In this document: positions 17,141 to 25,243 of the stretch, one piece after another
Layout of the letters: every line of letters starts with the position of its first letter
Numbering within the stretch: position 1 is the stretch's first letter
IMG/VR virus record: IMGVR_UViG_2576861459_000003
Location: 62,001 to 123,854 of that record
Source of the DNA: an uncultured virus (IMG/VR IMGVR_UViG_2576861459_000003)
Taxonomy: Duplodnaviria > Heunggongvirae > Uroviricota > Caudoviricetes
Strand: one strand, 5' to 3'
DNA length: 61,854 nt
Position numbers and translations under genes: made by a program
Notes under the pieces: model-generated
What the model was told of the DNA's origin: nothing
The model's input: the letters and a program-made list of their open reading frames with translations, nothing else
The model's database searches: none

Positions 17141-19908
17141 CCAATGTTCAATACTTTACTTTTAAATTTAACTCTTCTAGATTAAAAGAGTTTAATTATA
17201 ATATAAAATTGACCTTTAAAGAAGCAAAAAAATTTAATGAAATTATCTCGTTATTTGACAATCAAATTTTGAGATCTATTAGAGATATAAAAAAGATATC
17301 TTGTGAGGACATGCTTAGAACCCTATACATAGAAAAAGAAAAAATAAAAAAAAGCAACCATAGTAATGAGAGTACAAAAAGATTAAATGAAATTCAAGAA
17401 CAACTAGATGACCTTCTTTTTGTTCCAGAGTATATAACAATTAAAATGGAGCACCCTAGCCACTATAGATATCTGTATAGAAAAGGTCTAACTCTAAACG
17501 GCAAACAGTTTGTTAGATTCTCTTCATCAGCTGGTCAGGCTAGAGCTTCAACTGTGGTGTTTATTGAAGCAAAAACAGCTAAACAACTAAATAAATTATT
17601 AGACAATGGTCGAGATATAGATAAGATGCTAGTCCCCTCCAAGTTCAATGCGTACAAAGGTCTAGCCGGTAGCGCTACAAAAGTAGTTAGCACTCCAAAA
17701 TTTTGTTTAACACCTGACTATTACAGCGATACTAATGTGAAAGTTAACTTTGTTACTGAAACTCCACTTGAAGATGATGACATTATTGAAATTAAAGATA
17801 TTGTTGAATCATTTAATCGTTTTGATGGTCAGGGTTTAATTAGCTATGAGATGGCAGAGAAATGGGCAGCAGAATTGGGGCTCGATTACGTTCCTGCACA
17901 ATGGTGTATTAGACAAAACTTTATAAAAGGTATGCTAAACACCTTCCCTATTCATGAGTTTTGTGAAACAGTCAATAACGGAAATTACAGAATAAGAACA
18001 TCCTATAAAGATGAAAATGGCAACCCCAAGATAGTTGATTTAAGAGACATTGATGTAATTTTGACTGAAAGCCAATTTAAATTATGGGACAGCTTCCCTT
18101 CAATTGAGGTTTATCAGGAAAATTGCATAAAAAACAATTTAAGATGGGGAGTGTCTCTACATAGTCCTAAAAAAGATAAAGACATCTTGAAGATGAATTA
18201 TCAGTTTCTACAAACACTTAATTTGAATAATGAGGATATTGAAAAGATTTGTGAGAAATTCGTTAATTGGATTACAGGAGTTAACGGGGGAAACATTTAT
18301 TACACTATCCTCTTCCTCATTGGAACTGATATAACTGACGATAAGGTTGAAAATTACATAGACAAGTCAGATAATCATTGGATAAAATCATTGCTTGTTA
18401 ATCCTAATTTAATTAATGACAAATACATAAAAAAGAAGCTATATGACTTAATGAAAAAGAAAATCCAACGAGGTTGCCTCGGGGACATAATTCTGGATGG
18501 GAACTTTCAAACTTTAGTAAGTGATCCTTATGCCATGATGCAGCATGTTTGTGGACTTCAAGTTACTGGGCTTTTAGGAAAACGTGAGTATTATTCTAAC
18601 TATTGGAATCAAAAAGGTGTCAAATATGTTGATAGTATGAGAGCCCCCCTCACCTACCGAAGTGAACACTTGATCTTAACTCTTAAGAAGAATGAAGAAG
18701 TTGATTATTGGTACAGACATAACTACACAGGAATAATCGTTAATGTACATGGATCAGAAACAATGAACTGGGCTGGGAGCGATTTTGATTATGACATCAT
18801 TGCAACTACTTCAGACGAAACTGTACTCAAAGGAGTTTATAAAGATGAGTTACCTGTAGTGTATACCCCTCCTACTTCTGAGAAAAAGATTCTTACCGAA
18901 GATGATTTATTCAATGCAGACTTATTCTCTTTTGGGTCAATCATCGGTTCAATAACAAACAAAAGTACAAGTGGTTATGCGCTTTTAGCTGAATTGGACA
19001 CTGATTCTAAAGAATATGAAACAACTTTAAATCGAGTAAAGATGTGCACAAAGCTTCAAAGCGCTCAGATTGATAAAGCTAAGATCGGTAGAGAGGTTAA
19101 AGGTATTCCCTCCCCTTGGGTTAACTACAACAAGGTTAAAGACACGGATTCTGATGAAACTAAGACTGAAAAAGAATTTAAGAATAGGATTTTGCTAGAC
19201 AGACACCCATATTTCTTCATCTATTTGTATAAAGGAACTAAAAATAAGTACAAAAAACACGTCAAAAGCTATGACATTACTTGTCAACAGAAGTTTGGAG
19301 TAAGTCTTCAAGAGCTTAGGACAGTAAAAAGAAAAACAAAAGAACAACGAGACTTTTTGAAGCTATTTGAAAGATTTAATCCTGTAATTGAAAGTGAATG
19401 TGTAATGAATCGTATTTGCAAATATATTGAGTCTGTTGATTTTGGAATAAGGAATATCGTTAGCAATGATTGTGATGAAGAAATTTATAAATTGTATTTG
19501 AGTGATGAAGCTGTGTTTGATGAGGAAAAATACTTAAAAGTCAAAGGTCTGTACGGTAAGTTTAAGAAATCTATTGGACAAAGCGCTGTTTTAAACACAG
19601 GAGATCCTTCTGAAAGAAGCTCGTACGACTCTGAGTTACATACCCAAATATCAAATTCACAAGAACTATTCAAACAAGAGGTTTTTCAAATAAGTTCGAG
19701 TGTTAATGAAGTAACCAATTACCTAGTTAAATTATTTTATTTTGATGAAAAGACAGCTAACAAAGAAGTTTTATGGTCTGCTTTTGGCCAATACATATTT
19801 GAAAATATCAAAAAGAAAGCAAAAGAATTTTACATACCTGCTTCTGATACTAAAGGAGAGATCGAATATTTGAATAATAGATACACATTGAAAAAGGTGG
19901 TGTTGTAA
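17137..19908 (+). CDS. YonO/RdRP-family single-subunit two-barrel RNA polymerase, divergent
   Basis: SAGQAR, AYKGLAGSAT, FDGQGLIS, IKGML, ESQFK, NYQFLQTL, RAP and catalytic GSDFDYD motifs; occupies the yonO position upstream of HU. Confidence 0.85.
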   Translation: MTNVQYFTFKFNSSRLKEFNYNIKLTFKEAKKFNEIISLFDNQILRSIRDIKKISCEDMLRTLYIEKEKIKKSNHSNESTKRLNEIQEQLDDLLFVPEYITIKMEHPSHYRYLYRKGLTLNGKQFVRFSSSAGQARASTVVFIEAKTAKQLNKLLDNGRDIDKMLVPSKFNAYKGLAGSATKVVSTPKFCLTPDYYSDTNVKVNFVTETPLEDDDIIEIKDIVESFNRFDGQGLISYEMAEKWAAELGLDYVPAQWCIRQNFIKGMLNTFPIHEFCETVNNGNYRIRTSYKDENGNPKIVDLRDIDVILTESQFKLWDSFPSIEVYQENCIKNNLRWGVSLHSPKKDKDILKMNYQFLQTLNLNNEDIEKICEKFVNWITGVNGGNIYYTILFLIGTDITDDKVENYIDKSDNHWIKSLLVNPNLINDKYIKKKLYDLMKKKIQRGCLGDIILDGNFQTLVSDPYAMMQHVCGLQVTGLLGKREYYSNYWNQKGVKYVDSMRAPLTYRSEHLILTLKKNEEVDYWYRHNYTGIIVNVHGSETMNWAGSDFDYDIIATTSDETVLKGVYKDELPVVYTPPTSEKKILTEDDLFNADLFSFGSIIGSITNKSTSGYALLAELDTDSKEYETTLNRVKMCTKLQSAQIDKAKIGREVKGIPSPWVNYNKVKDTDSDETKTEKEFKNRILLDRHPYFFIYLYKGTKNKYKKHVKSYDITCQQKFGVSLQELRTVKRKTKEQRDFLKLFERFNPVIESECVMNRICKYIESVDFGIRNIVSNDCDEEIYKLYLSDEAVFDEEKYLKVKGLYGKFKKSIGQSAVLNTGDPSERSSYDSELHTQISNSQELFKQEVFQISSSVNEVTNYLVKLFYFDEKTANKEVLWSAFGQYIFENIKKKAKEFYIPASDTKGEIEYLNNRYTLKKVVL

Positions 19909-20735
19909 TGAGTGACATAAAGTTTAAAGAAAAGGATTACGCAGAGCTCTTACTCAAAAAAGGCTTAATTTCGAAAAATTTCGGCACTGAAATGAAAATC
20001 TTAGCTAAATATTTTAAATCATTGGGTAAAAAGCCAAAAGAACGAGAGAAATTACTCTATGAGTTTTGTGAAAAATATGTAACTGATTTTAGCCGGGTTC
20101 TTTATTTTAAAAAAATCAATTCAGCCCTTAATTATGCAAGGAAAAAAGAAAATGTTCTAATCAATATTGATCAAATTGAAATAACGAAAAACGAACTTGA
20201 AGTAATTGACTCTTTAGATGTTGGCCATGTACAAAAGAAACTTTGTTTTACTCTCCTAACACTAAACAAGCTTTACTCAACAATCCATGAAACAAAATAT
20301 GGTGAGAAAGCTGAAGAACATTTTTACGGGGGCAACAATAAGAAGTACAAAGAGTTAATTGACTCTTCACATACTTCCCTCACAGCAAACAAACTTCATC
20401 TAATTATCGGAGAACTAGCTGCTAAGGGAATTGTTGAAATAAGAAATAAAGGTTTTATAAAACTATCCTTTATATATGAGATTAACCCTGATAGCGAAGT
20501 AACGATTTTAATTAATTCTTTTAATGATATAGGACTCTATTATGACCTATATACAAATCAACCGAGGGTTAAACAATGTTCCGCTTGTAATACACCAATT
20601 AAAATTAAAAGTAACAAAACAAAGTATTGCTCCAGTTGTGCTAAAGAAATTAAATCTATACAGGTACGAAATTTGGCTAGAGAATCAATGAGAAAGACTC
20701 GCTCTAAAAATGTTAATAAAATAGAAAAACGCTGA
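19908..20735 (+). CDS. Hypothetical protein with HTH-like segment and C-terminal CxxC...CxxC Zn ribbon
   Basis: CSACNTPIKIKSNKTKYCSSC; TAATG coupling to the polymerase gene. Confidence 0.75.
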   Translation: MSDIKFKEKDYAELLLKKGLISKNFGTEMKILAKYFKSLGKKPKEREKLLYEFCEKYVTDFSRVLYFKKINSALNYARKKENVLINIDQIEITKNELEVIDSLDVGHVQKKLCFTLLTLNKLYSTIHETKYGEKAEEHFYGGNNKKYKELIDSSHTSLTANKLHLIIGELAAKGIVEIRNKGFIKLSFIYEINPDSEVTILINSFNDIGLYYDLYTNQPRVKQCSACNTPIKIKSNKTKYCSSCAKEIKSIQVRNLARESMRKTRSKNVNKIEKR

Positions 20736-20840
20736 AGTCCTTGATACATAAGGGTTTGAAGGACATTTATAAATTTTCTAGTTATGGTAAGACATGTACA
20801 TATTAAGAATAAAAATAAAATAATAAAGGAGAAATCACAT

Positions 20841-21116
20841 ATGAACAAAACAGAATTTGTTGGAGAAGTTGCAGAAAATTTAGGAGTTACTAAGAAAGAA
20901 GCTGCGCCTAAAGTAGAAGCAGTATTTAATGTGATCGTTGAAACACTTACAAAAGGTGAATCAATCAAGATCCCTGGAGTTGGAACGTTTGAAGTTCGTG
21001 AACGTGCAGCTCGTAAAGGGAGAAATCCACAATCAGGTGAGGAAATTGATATTCCGGCTACAAAGGCGCCTGCATTCAAGGCTGCTAAAGCTCTAAAAGA
21101 CGCAGTGAAAGCTTAA
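20841..21116 (+). CDS. yonN: HU-family histone-like DNA-binding protein
   Basis: MNKTEFV...GTFEVRERAARKGRNPQSGEEI.IPA..APAFKA; RBS AAAGGAG. Confidence 0.95.
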   Translation: MNKTEFVGEVAENLGVTKKEAAPKVEAVFNVIVETLTKGESIKIPGVGTFEVRERAARKGRNPQSGEEIDIPATKAPAFKAAKALKDAVKA

Positions 21117-21143
21117 TAAAGTATCCTTCCTCCCTTTTCCCTA

Positions 21144-21283
21144 GAATGCGGTGGCGAAAAAGGTAAACGCGTAGATCGAGGTGGTATGACTGACCTTCGG
21201 GAATCTCGAGGCCAACCTTCAAGAGAAGACTAATAGTTGGCGAATTGTCATCCATGAGAGGTGCAAATCCTCTCCCGCATTCA
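21144..21283 (+). ncRNA. tRNA-like RNA with expanded internal domain (not a canonical tRNA)
   Basis: Acceptor GAATGCGG/CCGCATTC, D-arm GCG-AAAAAGGTAAA-CGC, T-arm GAGAGG-TGCAAAT-CCTCTC; about 85 nt structured insert in place of the anticodon and variable arms. Confidence 0.65.
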
Positions 21284-21686
21284 TCTCCAGGTTAATTAAT
21301 TAGAGTTCTTTTATTGATGGCATGGGGGTGTCGTCAATAATAAGCTGTTTACTGATATGTGGGATATCAGTTCTCGGCTAATATTCATTTGTTTGAGGAC
21401 TTGGAATGCCAGGGTTTCAGATAAATGAATATTAGCGGGGTATTGCCCCATCGTGGACTAAGCTTTTTCTAAACATGTCTATTCTCACTTTCATACGAAC
21501 AAAAGCATTAAATTCGACTTTACAGCTACAACTGGTCATTGTGGTTGGTCGGATAATGGTCATTTATGAGGGTTCGAGGCTAACTCGGATGTCTGTATCT
21601 TAATAAGATAGGTAAATGGATATTATCGGGCTAAAAATGTCTATAGGCAACAACTTAGCCTCACTTTTCAGGATGGAGGGTCAATT

Positions 21687-21833
21687 TTGGTTGAATTTGA
21701 TTATGACGAATTAAAGAAGACAATCTTAAAAAACTCCAAAGCTAATGGAATTGAAATTAATGATGAACAAATTGAATTGTTTATCTCTTCTGAAGAAGAG
21801 TATATGAGGAGTATTGGTTTGATCTCTGAATAA
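21687..21833 (+). CDS. 48-aa acidic small protein absent from the ORF track (MVEFDYDELKKTILKNSKANG...)
   Basis: TTG start 8 nt after GGAGG; protein-like composition. Confidence 0.65.
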   Translation: MVEFDYDELKKTILKNSKANGIEINDEQIELFISSEEEYMRSIGLISE

Positions 21834-22720
21834 ATACAATATCAGAGTCAAGTGTTAATGCTTTTAAAGCCACCTAGGGGAATAGGGGCTCTTTCCTCAG
21901 TAGATGGCAGTCTACTGATTTAATTCTTTCTTTACCTCTGTAACGATTTTCCGAATTAGTTTCTCTAAAGCTTTTGAAGCAAGAATGCCTGTCATAGTAA
22001 TAAGCATAAAAATTAATTGCGGTGTATTGCTTCGGCTTGCACTTAGGTAAGGTAGATGCGTCTCCCTTCCCTCTAAAAAATGCCCTTGTTAAGCTTTGAT
22101 GCTTATTATGCGGTCATCAAAAATTTTTCCGGGTTAGCGAGTCTTCTATACTCGTAAAATAAGTGAAATGGCTTTTGAGCGCTTGATCACCGCTCCCATT
22201 TCACAGAAAAGGATTATTTTCGGTCTTGCCTTTTCAATTTCACTTAGCAACACATTCGCTATTTTATTCGCTACTTCTCCTTCAATGTTCTGTATGGAGA
22301 CTCACCTTTCCCATGCACATACCTCCTTACACGGGTCAGAGAAAACTGTGCAAAATAAATGGCGAGCGTTTGAGACGCTTTGTTTCTCAATAAGGCGTGC
22401 AACCTGACAAGAGAGACTGAAAATGCCATTGAGAAGGCTTATTAGGGTCTTTCCTTCTCGTAATTTGTTTTTGAATTCATTAAACGAGAGTAGCCGTTTA
22501 ATCCCGCGTGGGGGACACAAAAGATACCTCGATACGTCCAGCTTTGGGATTCCTTCTAAAGCCAGCTACTAATCAAGTGTTTCACTGCGAATTCAGAGGT
22601 TGTTCGGCGACTACTTAACCCATATTATGATTGAGTAGTTGGCAATAAGCAGGATTGATTTCCTTCATTCGTAGCCTATAAATGAATTAGCTCATCTGCC
22701 AGGTGTAGAAGGAGTTCCTG

Positions 22721-22743
22721 AAGACGTCATAATGACGTCTTTT
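22721..22743 (+). terminator. Intrinsic terminator-like hairpin inside the RNA cluster
   Basis: AAGACGTCA-TAA-TGACGTCTT followed by T's. Confidence 0.55.
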
Positions 22744-23138
22744 GCTATTTTCGGCTTACTTATAGTTTGTCGACTACAAAGGTCTCAGTCGCTGAACCCA
22801 TAATCAGCGCATTCCCTGTCTATCCGAAGGCTTGCGTCCCAACGTGAGCTACTTACGTAGGTGAAACGGGGTTAGAATGTAATCAGAACAAGGCCATCTA
22901 AATCGTTAGAAGGTCTTTTTATGCTTGCGTTTTACTTTACCGATCAGCCGGAATGTGCTTCCGAGCCTTCCGGTACGCAAGTAATCAATAATCTCCTTCG
23001 GGCGTTTCCCCAACGCCTATCCGACTTATCTTTTCATCTCCTTTATATCCCCTTTTCGGACGTTACCGATGCTTCGGATCATCGGGCTTCCGAAGGAGCT
23101 TATTGTACGTAAATAAAACACATATTGGAGGAATTTAA

Positions 23139-23330
23139 ATGGCAAGCAAAAAAGTACATCAAATTAATGTAAAAGGCTATTTTGATATGGACGTAATGGA
23201 AGTTACTGAACAAACTAAAGAAGCTGAATATACATATGATTTCAAAGAAATTCTTTCAGAGTTTAATGGGAAAAATGTTTCAATTACCGTAAAAGAAGAA
23301 AATGATCTTCCTGTTAAAGACGTAGAGTAA
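23139..23330 (+). CDS. yonK: YonK protein
   Basis: MASKKVHQINVKG..., 63 aa, first gene of the late cluster. Confidence 0.85.
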   Translation: MASKKVHQINVKGYFDMDVMEVTEQTKEAEYTYDFKEILSEFNGKNVSITVKEENDLPVKDVE

Positions 23331-23342
23331 GGCGGTGACTGA

Positions 23343-24554
23343 ATGACAGCTATTTTAGATACTGTTTTACAACGAGAAAAAGACGAATCATTTACTGATT
23401 ATCATATCAGACTTTTCAAAAACAAAGACACTTATCACATTGACACAAAAACAATTGCTGCCCTTTTAAACAAGGATCAGGGAACCAACTATGATGAAAG
23501 CAAATGGCGTAAAGACTTTAAACAATTTGAGCGCTGGCACGATTACTTTATCTCAAAGAATATGAACAAAGAAGTTCAACAAAAACATGAAGAAATTCGC
23601 ATTGAATCCGAAAAACAAACAATCAAAGCACGAGATCAAAAAAGAGAATACCGGAAATTCATTGCCAATCAAGCACGGTTTGAACAAATTAAAGATGATG
23701 TCGTACAAGCTATTGCATCTTTAGAGTCAAAAAGACCCCTTCGCTTCACCTTCCCATCCCCCGCTATTGCTGAAAAACATGGGCTTGCATTATTCAGTGA
23801 TTGGCACTTCGGAATGGAAATCGACAACCGCATTAATAAATTCAATAAAGAAATCTTCAATGAGCGTGTAGAACATCTCACCAATAAAGTGATTGAGTAT
23901 GGTAAGCAGAATCATGTCTCCACATTACATGTAGCAAATCTCGGTGATTTAATCGGAGGTCTTATTCATGTGTCTACAAGAGTTCAGGCCAATGAAGATG
24001 CTGTAGAACAAATTAAATATGTATCAGAAACGCTTGCTGAGGTTTTAGCGATGTTGGCAAGTGAGTTTCAAGAAGTTAAGTTCTACAACGTAGCAGGCAA
24101 TCACGGTCGCCTCTCCCCTTCTAAAAATGATGTAGGGATTAAAGAAAACTTTGAATACCTCATTAATTGGTACCTCGAAGCCAGATTGAAGAACATAAAG
24201 AACATCTCCATTGAACCTGAGCAAGACGGTTTCATCCCCGCTAAAATCAACAATCAGGAAGTCGTGTTTGTACACGGACACTACGATCGTGTTGATCAGT
24301 GTGTAACACGATTACCTCAATTGCTTGGCTACATCCCTTCTTACATATTCGGCGGTCATATTCATCACAATTATGAAAAAGAGTATGGCAGCACAACAGT
24401 TGTAGTAAATGGAGCGCTTGTCGGTGCGGATGATTATGCTATGCAAGGTCGGTTTGGCACAAAACCTTCACAAAAATTTATGGTTTTTGATGATGCAGGT
24501 ATTGAGGCTACATACATAATTAGATTTAAGAATGGTACATACAACAGAGCCTAA
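23343..24554 (+). CDS. yonJ: YonJ-like calcineurin-type metallophosphoesterase
   Basis: SDWH, LGDL, GNHG, HGH and GHIHH motifs. Confidence 0.85.
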   Translation: MTAILDTVLQREKDESFTDYHIRLFKNKDTYHIDTKTIAALLNKDQGTNYDESKWRKDFKQFERWHDYFISKNMNKEVQQKHEEIRIESEKQTIKARDQKREYRKFIANQARFEQIKDDVVQAIASLESKRPLRFTFPSPAIAEKHGLALFSDWHFGMEIDNRINKFNKEIFNERVEHLTNKVIEYGKQNHVSTLHVANLGDLIGGLIHVSTRVQANEDAVEQIKYVSETLAEVLAMLASEFQEVKFYNVAGNHGRLSPSKNDVGIKENFEYLINWYLEARLKNIKNISIEPEQDGFIPAKINNQEVVFVHGHYDRVDQCVTRLPQLLGYIPSYIFGGHIHHNYEKEYGSTTVVVNGALVGADDYAMQGRFGTKPSQKFMVFDDAGIEATYIIRFKNGTYNRA

Positions 24555-24655
24555 TCGGAGTATTAGGACATTATTTTTTCAACTAAGGGAGCCTCGATGA
24601 AGACTCCTCTTATTTTGTTAAAACTTTAATTTTATACAGATGAGGATGATGAAGT

Positions 24656-25135
24656 ATGAAAATGACGAATGAAGACTTTAAATATTTAAACAAGCATTTC
24701 GAACAGCTTATTAAATTAAGAGAATCTGGCTATAAATGTGATTTTGAGATCAGAACTGTCTTAGATAAATTGCATGAAAAAATGGGCCTTGAGCAAAGAG
24801 CAACTATCGGAACATGTTCAATGCCTAGAATTAGTATAAAAGAACCTTCCGTTGTCGTTTCACAAGGAGCAGTTAATTATTCACCGGCATTTGGGTCATC
24901 TAAAGGTGATACCCCCTTAAACAGTCAGAAAGATAAACCTAAGCTATTGATTCTTGGTGAACCTAGTTTGCTTTTTGAATTTTTCAAAGCATATATTGTA
25001 CCTGAATCAACTGTAGTAAGATGCAATATAAGTCGAGATCAAGCTCAGATAATTACAGAGAAAATTGAGATAACTTTTTTGAAGAAGACGTCCTCTACTA
25101 GGGGGATGCGATTTGATTATAAATTGTCTATGTAA
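24656..25135 (+). CDS. YonH-like hypothetical protein
   Basis: 159 aa ORF between yonJ and the terminase genes. Confidence 0.6.
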   Translation: MKMTNEDFKYLNKHFEQLIKLRESGYKCDFEIRTVLDKLHEKMGLEQRATIGTCSMPRISIKEPSVVVSQGAVNYSPAFGSSKGDTPLNSQKDKPKLLILGEPSLLFEFFKAYIVPESTVVRCNISRDQAQIITEKIEITFLKKTSSTRGMRFDYKLSM

Positions 25136-25243
25136 TTAAAAACACATTTTAAGAGCGCCCAGTGATGATTGAAGTCTCCCCACTTCTCTATTGCTGGGCG
25201 TTTTATAAAACGTGTTTTTAAAAATTATATTGGAGGTGTATGA

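Larger units (their letters stand above)
21284..23110 (+). ncRNA. Cluster of putative structured RNAs (boundaries unknown)
   Basis: Only one credible short ORF; many long stems and C-UUCG-G loops on the plus strand. Confidence 0.5.

Noticed and set aside
21144..21283. Canonical tRNA gene or tmRNA
   Set aside because: No anticodon stem-loop of normal size and T-loop TGC rather than TTC; too short for tmRNA, with no visible tag ORF
22838..22872. Hammerhead-like core (GTGAGCTAC-TTAC-GTAGGTGAAAC)
   Set aside because: The required CUGANGA box is absent
22168..23112. ORF-track entries 22168-22407, 22302-22520 and 22921-23112
   Set aside because: No good RBS, atypical composition, and they overlap strong RNA stems; treated as spurious
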